This document shows positions 18,465-29,700 of a stretch of DNA of 64,000 nucleotides, piece after piece. The notes below the pieces were generated by a model that saw only the letters and a program-made list of their open reading frames with translations, did not search any database and had not been told where the DNA came from. This DNA comes from a bacterium (GTDB lineage: Bacteria > Bacillota_I > Bacilli_A > RFN20 > CAG-826): NCBI GenBank assembly GCA_963651445.1, contig CAVJPU010000004.1:10664-74663 (forward strand), read 5' to 3'. The translations under genes and the position numbers were made by a program. The stretch's first letter is position 1. Each line of letters opens with the position of its first letter.

Positions 18465-18829
18465 AATTCCTCCTTGATTTCTAGTAAGTTAGTCTCTTCG
18501 GTTTTTGGAGCGTGCCATTTGACTGCCCTTACTTCTCTCTTTCCTTTTACGGTCAAAACCAAGACATAGTCGCTTATTTCTTCTTTATATAAATTGGATA
18601 GATACCCATATCTAAGAAGAAGACGGACACGAGAATGGAAGGTCCTGCTAGAGAGATTGGAGTAGTAGCCATAACATTCCAATTCCTTGGCCTTAGGATC
18701 ATTATGGACACCGGTCAAGATGTCGTATAGCCCCTTAGCCGAAGTATAAAGGCCTTTATCTCTTAAAAGCGAGACGGCACTCAATATGAGTGAATGTGAT
18801 TTTTGGCAGCTGAACTCTTTCATAGACAT
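18461..18829 (-). CDS. Stand-alone RQC-like winged-helix protein
   Basis: 122 aa. SLILSAVSLLRDKGLYTSAKGLYDILTGV...RVRLLLRYGYLSN resembles the RecQ RQC wH domain pattern (recalled from memory). Its stop overlaps the pepF start (ATGA). Confidence 0.45.
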   Translation of the reverse strand: MSMKEFSCQKSHSLILSAVSLLRDKGLYTSAKGLYDILTGVHNDPKAKELECYGYYSNLSSRTFHSRVRLLLRYGYLSNLYKEEISDYVLVLTVKGKREVRAVKWHAPKTEETNLLEIKEEL

Positions 18830-18914
18830 TAGATACTATAGGCATTTATCAAATTTTTGCACTCAAAATACATCGTTCTTGTTCTCTTAGACTAATAAGT
18901 CTAGAATATGCGCT

Positions 18915-19211
18915 ATGGACGAAATGTATCAGCAAGTTGAAACGGTACTAGAAAAAATCAGACCGTTCTTAAAAAGAGATGGCGGAGACATCGAATTGAT
19001 CGGCATCAAGGATGGCATCGTCTACGTTAAGATGACCGGTGCCTGCGATGGTTGCTCCTATGCGATGGAAGACATCGCCCAAGGGGTCGACATCATCATC
19101 TGCGAAGAAGTCCCAGGCGTCATCGGAGTCCAAGGTTCAGAGAATGTTCCGGAAGACGTGATGACCGAATATCTCGAAAGAAAGAACCAAAAGGCCAAAG
19201 AGAATAAATAA
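18915..19211 (+). CDS. NifU-like (Nfu-type) Fe-S cluster scaffold domain protein
   Basis: 98 aa with a CxxC motif (TGACDGCSYA) in a NifU C-terminal-like context. Confidence 0.75.
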   Translation: MDEMYQQVETVLEKIRPFLKRDGGDIELIGIKDGIVYVKMTGACDGCSYAMEDIAQGVDIIICEEVPGVIGVQGSENVPEDVMTEYLERKNQKAKENK

Positions 19212-19215
19212 AATA

Positions 19216-19250
19216 CCTCCCACCGAGAAGATGGGAGGTTTTCTTTTTTT
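19216..19250. terminator. Rho-independent terminator after the nifU-like gene; also downstream of the convergent minus-strand operon
   Basis: CCTCCCAccgagaagaTGGGAGG followed by TTTTCTTTTTTT. Confidence 0.8.
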
Positions 19251-20340
19251 ATTTGTCTTTCAGCTTCATTAATAAGGCTCTTTCATGATTGATGATGGCA
19301 TCGATCTGCGAGCCATAGACCGACCTCATAGCCATGTATCTCTTTCTCTCTGCCTCTGGGACATTGGAAAGATATAAGGCAGTGAAGATTTTTTCCAAAC
19401 GGATGAAAGATTCATAGACGTTAAGGATGGTCAATAAGTAGAAGTATTCCTTACGGCTATAAATGAGAAGTGGGGAAGAATGAGCGATTTCCGACGACAT
19501 TTCGTAGATTTTGGCCTTTTCCCTAAGATTGGCCACACGTTCTACCCCATCACGGAAGTTGAGTTTGAAATCCTCAATCTTCTCGATTCCTGGGACGGCG
19601 TATAACCAACCGTATTCAATGAAACGTTTGGTGTCTTTGGACTTGAGCCCATGGACTTTCATCTCATCCTTGATCTTGACGAATAAAGCATCTCCTTGTT
19701 CCTTTGGAAGGATGTTCCTGAAGGCCAAGGCGTACTGCATATGCTCAAGGTAACTCTTGATGACCGGCGCCCCATAAGAGACCAAGACGATGAGAATGCA
19801 TTCATTCTCATGCAAAGTTCTCCAAGTGGAGAAGGCTTCGGTTTCAAAGCCACCGGTAAGAAGATTAATGACACATCTAGCCATCGAAAAGCCCTTTTTC
19901 ATGACATCGACCAACAATGTCTTTCCCGGGTCACCCGATGGGTATTTGTCTAACATCGAAAGGATGAAATTGAGGTATAAAGTGATAGTCGATATCTCAG
20001 GGAGATAACGGTTGGTCAACCGTGAATCCTGCCATGATAAGTGCTCGTTGGTGTAATACTTATCCACCGCGGTCGAAAGAAGCTGTCTCTCGAATTCATC
20101 GGTCTTAAGCACCTCAGGCGGGTACATTGTGGCATAAAGGCTCATCTCGTTGAGGATATAGAGAATCAATTGTATGTGATTTAGCTGATAAGCGTTTAAG
20201 GATGGAGTGGTGCTGTTTAAGCCTTGGACTCCGTATAAAGCATCGGAATAGCAGTCATAAAGAAACCCACGATCAACGTCAGCGGGTACATTTAGATCCG
20301 TCAGCAATTTGTCAAATTGGGTTTGCGTTAATTTCTGCAT
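19249..20340 (-). CDS. Hypothetical protein, 363 aa, translationally coupled to glpK
   Basis: Predicted all-helical, with no motif I recognise. Its start ATG overlaps the glpK stop (TAATG). Confidence 0.6.
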   Translation of the reverse strand: MQKLTQTQFDKLLTDLNVPADVDRGFLYDCYSDALYGVQGLNSTTPSLNAYQLNHIQLILYILNEMSLYATMYPPEVLKTDEFERQLLSTAVDKYYTNEHLSWQDSRLTNRYLPEISTITLYLNFILSMLDKYPSGDPGKTLLVDVMKKGFSMARCVINLLTGGFETEAFSTWRTLHENECILIVLVSYGAPVIKSYLEHMQYALAFRNILPKEQGDALFVKIKDEMKVHGLKSKDTKRFIEYGWLYAVPGIEKIEDFKLNFRDGVERVANLREKAKIYEMSSEIAHSSPLLIYSRKEYFYLLTILNVYESFIRLEKIFTALYLSNVPEAERKRYMAMRSVYGSQIDAIINHERALLMKLKDK

Positions 20341-21821
20341 TATTCTTCTACCTTGAATACACGGGTGGCCTCAACCGCCTTCTTCCAACCTCTGGAGAGA
20401 CGTTCGGCCTCTTCTTTATCCATCTTCGGTTTGAAAATTCTATCGATGACAACTTGTTTGGCAATGGCATCTAAGCTCTTCCAGAAGCCAGAGCCCAAAC
20501 CAGCGATATAACCAGCGCCTAAAGCGGTTGTCTCAACCTGTTCTGGAGCGCGGACTTCGCATTGAAGGATATCGGCCTGGAACTGAAGCAACAAGTCATT
20601 CTTGGAAGCTCCACCGTCGACCTTTAAGACTGGCAAATCTAATCCAGCGTCTAATTTCATCGTATCAAAGACGTCTTTGCTCTGATAGGCGATGGAATAT
20701 AAGGCGGCTCTGGTAATGTTATGTCTATCGACGCCTCTGGTCAAACCAAAGATAGCGCCTCTGGCGTCATCGTCCCAATATGGGGTTCCTAAGCCAACAA
20801 AGGCTGGAACGAAGTAAACGCCACCGGTATCTGGACGCTTGCAAGCATAATAAGCGGAATCGCCGGCATCTTCGATCCAACGGGTCTGGTCTCTGACCCA
20901 CTGAATGACGGCGCCACCGATGAAGACGGAACCTTCAAGGGCGTAAGTGGTCTCGCCATTGACCCTCCAAGCAACCGTAGTTAATAAACCGTTCTTGGAA
21001 GTGACGGCTTCGGAGCCGGTGTTCATGAGCATAAAGCAACCGGTGCCATAGGTGTTTTTGGATTCGCCCTTCTTGAAGCAACACTGGCCGAACAAAGCGG
21101 CTTGCTGGTCGCCAGCCACGCCATGGACATGGACGTTGGTGTCGAAGAACTTGGCTTCGCCAAAGTCGGCGTCATTATCCATGACCTCTGGAAGCATCTT
21201 CTTTGGGATATTCCATAAGGAAAGCAATTCGTCATCCCAACTCATGGTGTGGATGTTAAATAACATGGTTCTGGAAGCGTTGGAACAATCGATATAATGG
21301 TTGCCTTTGGTAATCTTATAGACGAGCCAGCTATCGATGGTGCCGAAAGCCAAATCGCCGTGTTCAGCCGCTTCTTGCGCTCCACCGACGTTATCCAAGA
21401 TAAAGCGGATCTTGGAGGCAGAGAAGTAAGGGTTGATGCGAAGACCGGTCTTGGAAGCGATGAATTCGGTCTTCTCAGCCATTTCGTCGCAGTAGGTTTG
21501 GGTCTGCTTGGACTGCCAAACGATAGCGTTGTAGATAGGACGCCCGGTGTTTCTGTCCCAGACGATGGTGGTTTCACGCTGATTGGTGATACCAATAGCG
21601 GCGATTTCCTCCCAACTAGATCCGGAGATGATGAGTAATTCGTTAATGACGTCAACGACGGATACCCAAATTCTCTCCGCGTCTTGTTCTACCCAGCCTG
21701 GATGTGGATAGAAGCATTCGACTGGACGCTGGGCCATATAAACGCCACGTCCTTTGTCGTTGATCAAGATGGCTCTCGTAGAGGTCGTACCTTGGTCGAT
21801 TGATAAGATGTATTTTTTCAT
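20340..21821 (-). CDS. glpK: Glycerol kinase
   Basis: 493 aa. N-terminal ILSIDQGTTSTRAIL is the FGGY phosphate-1 motif. Strong conservation along the whole length. Confidence 0.95.
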   Translation of the reverse strand: MKKYILSIDQGTTSTRAILINDKGRGVYMAQRPVECFYPHPGWVEQDAERIWVSVVDVINELLIISGSSWEEIAAIGITNQRETTIVWDRNTGRPIYNAIVWQSKQTQTYCDEMAEKTEFIASKTGLRINPYFSASKIRFILDNVGGAQEAAEHGDLAFGTIDSWLVYKITKGNHYIDCSNASRTMLFNIHTMSWDDELLSLWNIPKKMLPEVMDNDADFGEAKFFDTNVHVHGVAGDQQAALFGQCCFKKGESKNTYGTGCFMLMNTGSEAVTSKNGLLTTVAWRVNGETTYALEGSVFIGGAVIQWVRDQTRWIEDAGDSAYYACKRPDTGGVYFVPAFVGLGTPYWDDDARGAIFGLTRGVDRHNITRAALYSIAYQSKDVFDTMKLDAGLDLPVLKVDGGASKNDLLLQFQADILQCEVRAPEQVETTALGAGYIAGLGSGFWKSLDAIAKQVVIDRIFKPKMDKEEAERLSRGWKKAVEATRVFKVEE

Positions 21822-21836
21822 AGGTTCCCCCCTAAA

Positions 21837-23135
21837 TTATTTCTGTTTGTCTTTCGAAGCTAGGAAGGTTTCGATTTGGTCCGGATCTTTGATTATATCC
21901 TTGGTTAAACATTCCGCGCCTTTCGGAGTGATCAAAAGATCATCTTCGATGCGGATTCCGATGCCACGATCCTCCATATACAAGCCTGGCTCATTGGAAA
22001 TGACCATGCCTGGCTCCAGCGGGATGTTCTTATAGGAACGATCTAACGGAGAGCCATATGGGTCATGGGTATCTAAGCCAATAAGGTGGGATACTCCATG
22101 GAAGAAGTATTCGGAGATATCTTCTTCGCGTTTGAGGAATCCCGCTTTAACGCATTCTTTGGCTAAGAATTCGACGGTGAGTCTGTCTAATTCCTTGATG
22201 GTCATGCCTGGTCTAGCCATTTCTTGGACCATCTGGTTACAACGGAGAACGATGTAGTAAGCGATTCTTTGCTCTTTGGTGTATTTGCCATTGGCTGGGA
22301 CGGTACGAGTGACATCGGCGCAATAATAACCATGCCTGGCCCCTAAGTCAGATAAAACCAAATCGCCGTCATGGACGATGTCCATCGGGGTTGGGTAATG
22401 CAAGCAAGTTCCGTGGATTCCCGAAGCCATGATGGTTGGGAAGGACAAACCTTGATAGCCGGTGTCATCGTTGATGGCGCGCAAGAATTCATCCGCCAAT
22501 TCATATTCTCTGACTCCTGGTTTCATCTTCTTCCAAACGGCTCTGAGGCCAACGCCCGTAGCGGAAATCGCGCTTCTTAATTCGGCAATTTCCCTATTGG
22601 ATTTTTTCAAACGGAGTTTGGTTACTTCGGCGTAAACGTCTTTGACTTCCAAGCCAGCGTATTTCTTTTCCATCTGGCCTTTGAAAATACGAGTTGAGGT
22701 TTCATCAGCAATCTTGATTTCCCTATCCAAGTCGAGATAGAGGGTATGGACTTCGCCATATTCACAGAGTTTCGGATTGAAAACCGATTCGATTTTGGAT
22801 TCCAGAGACTGGTTTAAGAGAACGTTTTTGATACCCGAAATGGAAGAAGCTTCTTCCGGAGTGAGGCGTTTGCCATACCAACGTTCTTTCTTTCTATCAA
22901 ACGGAAGAATGAAAAGAATCTCTTTGGTTTCCCCATCGGATTTGATGAGCAAAAGAGCGGAGTCTTCCTGATTGATGCCGGTCAAATAATAGAAGTTGCG
23001 GTTGATTTCAAAAGGAAGGTCTTCGTCGGCGGATGAGACTTTTGGCACCCCACCGAACAATAAAGCGGCGCATCTATCTGGAAGCGCCTCTAATAAGCGT
23101 TCCCTGCGCATTTGGAATTCTGCTGCTGGAATCAT
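21837..23135 (-). CDS. Xaa-Pro aminopeptidase (M24B family)
   Basis: 432 aa with an N-terminal creatinase-like domain and an M24 catalytic domain (HGVSHLIGLDTHD, NEPGLY, EDD). Confidence 0.85.
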   Translation of the reverse strand: MIPAAEFQMRRERLLEALPDRCAALLFGGVPKVSSADEDLPFEINRNFYYLTGINQEDSALLLIKSDGETKEILFILPFDRKKERWYGKRLTPEEASSISGIKNVLLNQSLESKIESVFNPKLCEYGEVHTLYLDLDREIKIADETSTRIFKGQMEKKYAGLEVKDVYAEVTKLRLKKSNREIAELRSAISATGVGLRAVWKKMKPGVREYELADEFLRAINDDTGYQGLSFPTIMASGIHGTCLHYPTPMDIVHDGDLVLSDLGARHGYYCADVTRTVPANGKYTKEQRIAYYIVLRCNQMVQEMARPGMTIKELDRLTVEFLAKECVKAGFLKREEDISEYFFHGVSHLIGLDTHDPYGSPLDRSYKNIPLEPGMVISNEPGLYMEDRGIGIRIEDDLLITPKGAECLTKDIIKDPDQIETFLASKDKQK

Positions 23136-23737
23136 ATTTTTACCTCCGAATACAACGTATCATCTTCGAGGCTAAGAATTTTCTTAGGGTCAAAGCAATC
23201 AAGATAGTGGCGGACTTGTTCTTTCTCGCCTACAAAGGATATTTTAATCACTTCATCATAGATGATGTTAGAAATCTTGAATCCTTGTTTCTCTATTTGG
23301 TATTTGGTCATATCAAGCTCAGGATAGGCAATGGCCACATTAGCCCTCAAGCCGGGCCTAGCTTCCATCAATTGGGCTTTCAAAATGACTTCCTCCGCGC
23401 ATTCGCGATAGGTTCTCGTCAATCTCGGAAGACCGAGCTTGATACCGCCGAAATAACGAACGATGACGATTGAGACATTCTCGAAGTTCTTGTTCCTAAG
23501 GGTGCTCAATATCTGAAGCCCGGCCGAATGGCCTGGTTCCCCATCATCGCCCATCTTCTCTATGTTGCCTATTCGGGCCCCGTAACAATAATGTTTGGCC
23601 TTTGGGTAGGCTTCTTTGATTTCCTTAAGTTGCCTAGCGAAATCATCTTCCGTCTCCGCATGTCGGAGGGAACAGATAAACTGGGAGTGCAGGACTTCCT
23701 TTTCGTAGATGGTTTCGTTTAGGACAGTTAAGGACAT
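23132..23737 (-). CDS. yigZ: YigZ/IMPACT-family (UPF0029) protein
   Basis: 201 aa. FICSLRHAETEDDFARQLKEIKEAYPKAKHYCYGARIG...GEPGHSAG is the UPF0029 signature. Confidence 0.8.
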   Translation of the reverse strand: MSLTVLNETIYEKEVLHSQFICSLRHAETEDDFARQLKEIKEAYPKAKHYCYGARIGNIEKMGDDGEPGHSAGLQILSTLRNKNFENVSIVIVRYFGGIKLGLPRLTRTYRECAEEVILKAQLMEARPGLRANVAIAYPELDMTKYQIEKQGFKISNIIYDEVIKISFVGEKEQVRHYLDCFDPKKILSLEDDTLYSEVKI

Positions 23738-23748
23738 AAAGGTGATTA

Positions 23749-26700
23749 TTAGGCGACTAAGGCGGCAACGTCATTGAAGCTGAAGCCAGTAGCGAAGGCA
23801 TCCACGATGGAGACCTTGGCTACGCCGGAAGTGGCCCCATGATAGATCTGATGATTGACCATGAAATCATAGATAGCGGCGTTGTAGAAGAACTTCTCGG
23901 CCACCGTATTATTGGTTTCCATTGCGGATAAAGCCGTCTTGAAGCCGGTTGCATCGGAGTTGGAATTGATGATGGTCTTGAAGCCATAGGCTTTGGTTGC
24001 GGTAAGCATATTATTCAAAGCGGTTAAATCTTTGGAATTTTTGACCACGTTGAAGTCTTCTTTGTAAGTCGGGTTGGCTGTGACGGCATTCTCGGCGGCG
24101 GTCTGTCTTAAGGCATCATCGCCCGGGGCATTGGTGGCTAAGCCAGAGAAGTATGTGCCGCTCTTGGCATATTCAACCGTGGCTTCCAAGAAAGCGCGGC
24201 CCATATTAGTGATAATCTCCGTGCCGAATAAGGAGGTAGAAGCGTTCTCGGCGATGTAGGCGAATAAGAACTTCTCGGTTCCCGTCTTCTTGTAATTGGC
24301 CAAGGATTCAAGCATCGAATAATAGGCAGGCAGAGCGATAGAGCCGACCGTGATACTGCCATAATGGCCGCCCAAGAAGAATTCAACCTCACAGGTGTCG
24401 TTGAGATAAGAAGTGAACCAGGCACCTTCGATATCAGAAGAATAAGACTCGGATTCGAAGATGTCATGGATGCCCTTATAGGAGTCATTAATGCGAGCGC
24501 CCAAATCCATCACGAAGGTAGCGCCGTTATCTTCATAATTGAACTTCATGACATTGCGCATGAAGATATCGCGGCTTAAGAAGGACTCTACGCCGGTGAC
24601 GAGTTTCATATCATTGTCATAAGCGCGAGTATAGAAGCCGTTCTCGTCATCCAAGAACTTAAGCAAATCCGGGAAGACGGCCAATAACTTGTCAGTGCAT
24701 TCGCTGGAAGAGGTATCGATGGTTGGGTAGGAATTGCCGTTGGTGACATATAAGGCATTCAAGAAGTTGATCAAGGAATCGATAGCCCCGCTGTCTTTGC
24801 CATATTCTTCTTGAGTTAGGAAGTAAGTGGCGGTATCGACGGTGACGTCTTTGATGGCGTTGAGAGTGGCGCCATCGGCCAAAACGACTTTGAAGGCTTT
24901 TGCGCTCTTCAAGTTGATGGTTCCGGCCGAAGAAGCTTCGCCAGAATAGATAGTCGACCAGTTGACGTTATCGGAGGTAGCGGTGATGGTGATGGTCCCA
25001 TTGCCATCAATCTTCAAAGAAGAATAGAGACCGATTTCGGCAAAGGCTGAGGAATCGTAATTGGCAGTCGTATTGATGTCGAAAGAGATGCTGCTATAAA
25101 CATTGAAGGAAGCCATATCATCCAACAAGCTCATGACTTCGTATGGGACGACATCTTTGATGACATCGATAGCATTTAAAGCCTTGAAGAACTTGGATAA
25201 ATCAGTTGGGGCATAGGTAGTAAAGTCAACGGAACCGATGGAAACGCCGCTGGAACCGACAACACCCATATCGAGCAAGGTCTTAAGGAGACCACCGCCG
25301 TTGCCGTCATTGGTAAGGGCGTTGATTTCGCTTAGCCAGTTACCGCTATGAGAGGAACTCAAAGTACCGGCCGTAAAGGCTTTGATATAACTATGCATCT
25401 TGTTGGTGGCGTCTTTATACATCGTCTCATCAAAGGTGGCGTTGTAGTTATAATCGTGCAAGCCGGCTTCTTTGATGATCAAGCCATAGACTTGCTCGAA
25501 GACAGTGAGATCGCTCTGCCAGGAAGTGGTGGCTTTATTGCCCATCTGATTCCAAACTTTGCCTTCGTGGAAGATGTAAGAACTATTGAGCATCGTTAAG
25601 ATGTCTTTGATGGTGGAAATGGTTGTATCGGTGATGGAAACGGAACCCATATCGTCGAACAACGAGGAGTTGGCGTTATAAAGTGGGACAAAGTCCGCTA
25701 GGAGCTCGATTTCCGAATCGGTAACAGTCTTGGTGAAGTCTGGTTCTTCGGTGTTTGGCTTAACTGAGCCATCATCCGCTAACCAGTAGCAATAATACGG
25801 ATTGGCATTGCTCATATCGATATCAGAACTAGTGAACCCAGAATCGAATGTCTTGCCTAAGGCGTTAACCAACATATCGCAGAAGATCTTGTTGTTGGCC
25901 AATTCCTTGCCAATGGTTTCGATGGCCGAGGAATCCAAGGACATGAGGTTGCCCGCCATCATTTCATCATAGGCGGTATTGTTGTCCTGGATGACTTTAA
26001 TCAAGGTCTTGAAGGAATAGGTATCGCCAGTCAAAAGATCGAGATTGATCTGAGAAGAGCAAGAAGCGGTCTTGGACATGGCTGGGAAGAATTCGCCAAC
26101 CATCTTGATGCCTTTATCTTTGGCGTTGGTGTAGGTCGCATCGGAATTATAAGCCGGATTATCCTTCGGATTCGAAGCGTAGTAATAATCATCAGCGATT
26201 TCGGCTTTGCCAAAGACCGAACCCATGACGCCTTGGAAGAAGGTGTTCTCGCCAGTGGTGGCGGAGCTATTGAAGACATGAGATTTGGCTAAACAAGCCA
26301 AGATATTGGAAACCGCATCGGCGTCCATATCGGCGAGATCGGCGGTCATATCGACGGAAGAAGCGTAGTAGATAACCCATGAGAGGTTATCGATTTCATC
26401 GTCGCCATAAGCTTCGGCGTTGACGCCTTTGCCCATGTAGTAGTAGTTAGGAACGGCAGAGCCAGCGTCCAAAGAAGAAGCGACGCTGTCGATACCGGTT
26501 TCGATGATCTTCGGTAAGAAGTGATAGAGAATCTTTGATTCGTTGGCGGCGGAGATGACTTCGTACAATGCCTGTCTCTTAGCTAAACGTTCAGACTCTG
26601 GCAACAATTTGCCATTGGAATCTTTAAAGAAAGCGGCTGGGTCGAAGCTCGAAGTGCTGGCCGAGAGATTGACCACCGAGTCGGTCAAATTGCCCAAAGC

Positions 26701-29700
26701 CTCGCATTCTTTGGCCCATGGACCATCGTCCGCCAAGCGGTTGCTGGCTAAGGCTGCGGTCATGGTTTGAGTGTCGGCCGAAACATTCTGGACGTAACTT
26801 AAGACTTCGTCCTTCATGCTGCTATCGATAACGCCGTATAAGCCAGAATCGACCAATAAGTCAGTCATCAAGCATTCGAAGGCCGTCTCATGAGTGGCGG
26901 TGTCAGGAACGGTGTTAAAGACAACGGAAGTGGCCAAAGATTTGGTTAACGGGGTAAGCAAATACTTGCCAGAAGCGGTAGAAATATCGATACCGCTGGC
27001 ATCCAAATTGCCAGAAGAATCAACTAAGCCATAAGCTGGATCCATCGCGGTTTCGAGGAAGTCGGCAAGTTTATCCATTTCGCTTAGCAAAGCGGTGTTG
27101 GTGGATTCATCGAAAACATCCCAAACCCAGGCTAAGTTGAGATAGCCATAGGTTCCGGTGCCGATATCCAAACCAGCCGAGATAAGAGAAGAACCGATTT
27201 GTTCGTATAAGTGATAGGCAACAGGACGTCCGATGGTAGCGGAATTCGCTAAGGAATATAGCAATCCGCGGATAGCGGAGGCCTTGATATCAGAGACAGA
27301 GATACTGCCCGATAAGTCAGCCCCATTCAAGGCCTTGCCGAGGTTAGAGATGATATCGCCGATAGCCTCGGCTTCATCTGCCCACTGAGCCTTGGTCAAG
27401 CCCTTCATGGCGTTAAGGATATATGTGGTCTTTTCAGCCGCTGTGGTTCCAGTCGCGTTTTTGTCTTCAAAGAAGGAAACGGCGCTGCCTAAAGAATCAG
27501 TCAAAACTGAGTGGAAGTATTCGCCAAAGACATAGCCTGAATCGCTGTCGAATATTTGAGACTGCGATAAGGCTTTGATGATTGAACTGATGGCGGCTGG
27601 GTCGGAATTGAAGAGGTCGATGTTGGTTAAGTCGCCGATCTCGGCTCCGAACTTCACTATGGCGTCCAAAGCCGCGCCTTCATCGGTCCAAGAAGAAACA
27701 TTTCCGAAAGATAAGCCTAAAGAAGAAGCTTTGCTACCAAGCATTGGGACAACTGCGTCATCAAGTAAGTCGGCGATGACATCCCCAAAGACTTCGGAGG
27801 AATCCAAAGGCTTAAGGATTTCGGTGAAGCTAACACCTTCTAAGTCGGAAAGGCTGATGGAACCACCACCGACAAGAGCGCTTAACATGCTTGGAGTGGT
27901 GTAAGTTCCCAATCCGTAAATCAAATCGGCAACGACCTGATTTTCAACTTCTGGGTTGATGTCGGCTGGGAGGGTAATAGTTTTGCCTAAGATGTTGCCC
28001 AACAAGCTTTCAAGCAAGGTGCGATAGGCTTTATTTTCAGAATCGTTGATGATCTTGTTGGAAGTAATGCCGTCAAGCAAGATAACGATTTCGTCATGAT
28101 AAGAAGCTAAGCCAGAGATAATATTGCTGATTTCCTGGCCAGAGGCACCCGAGGTATTGGTGTCGGTATTCATAATGAACTGAATGAGTGGCATGCAGTT
28201 CTTAGCCACACGGAATAACTTGGCTAATTCGGCTCCGAAGTTATCAATATCGGCGTTAATGCCATCAATGCCTAAAGACTCAAGGGCTTCATTATCGGAT
28301 AAGAGTTTATCGGCGGCAGTCGGGACAATCGCGGATAAGATCTTCGAATCATCGATATCTTCCGCCATGACGATAAAGCCATCCAACAACCCTGGATCGA
28401 TGGAATGCAAGTCGCCGTTTGGTTCATAAGTGATACCAGGCATGGCGTCTAAATCTTTGACGAATTCTTTGCAAATTGGATCGGCATCGATGAAGTCTTT
28501 GACGGTATTAAGGACGGCCTTCATTTCGGATTTGGCGTTGGCTTTCCTGGTTTCGAACGACAAAGTCTCAGCGAACAATTCGTTCTTGATGTCGGTCATA
28601 TCGATGCTGACTTCTAGCGCATCGCCCACCGTTTTGCCGATGAAGTCGGTGATGTCATCCATGCCATAGGTAAGGAAGGAACAATCCATCAAGCAGGTTT
28701 CGCCTTCTTCTGGATTATCTTTGCCACAAATGGCTTCGGTGACGCCGTCGATGTTATCGACCACGATTTCGGTTAAGACATCGGTGTCCAATTCTTTTTC
28801 GGAATCGACTAAGGAATCGACGATAAGTGCGCCTAATCTATCATCTAAGGCATCAATATCAGCCAAGCCGTTATAAACGACCTTGAGTTCATCGCCTAAG
28901 GAAAGATTCTTATAAGCATCGTTCAATTTGGAAACGTATTTACGACCAGTGTTTTCATCGGTTTCGAATTCGCAGCCAGTGGTTTCTGGCAAGAAATCAT
29001 CAAGGGAAAGATTTTCGGTTTCTTCGGCGTTCAACGCATAGTTGACCAAGAAGACGGTGACTAAGTCATTAAACAAGTTCTTCTCATCTGGGCGTTGGGC
29101 CAATCTTTCGAAGACGCTGTTCATGGCCTCTCTGGATTTATCGGAGAATAGCATCGAGACAGTGTCGCTGTCGTAATGGGCTTTGCCATCGACATCAGTG
29201 AAGAAGGAGAAGACATCGGAAGACTGCAAGTCTTTGATGATATTACCTAATTCGGTAACGGTCGCGGACCAGTTATATCCGTAATAATCAATACCTAAGG
29301 AGTTACCGACATATTGTTTGATGGCATCGATATTCACAGCGAATTCCAAAGCCATCGGCAATAAAGTGGTAACAAAACCAGAATTGGCAAGAGTGGAGAT
29401 GATGTTCACGCCATACTGGGTGGTGAGCAAGATATAAATCTTATCGAAGGTGGTGGCATCTTCGGAAAGGATGCCGGATTTGATTACGTCATAGGCGATG
29501 GAAGCCGTTTCGGAAACGATGTCAACGACAGAGACGGCCATGGTCTCGGTGACATTGGCGGTCGTCAAGAAGGAGAGAAGTTGGGAATCCCAGCTTTGTC
29601 CTTGGTCATTGACGGTCCAGCCGAAGAAGGCTTTGGAGAAGACGGAATTCTGATAGGTATCAACCACCGATTGGACGGTCTGATAGGTTTCATCATCAGC

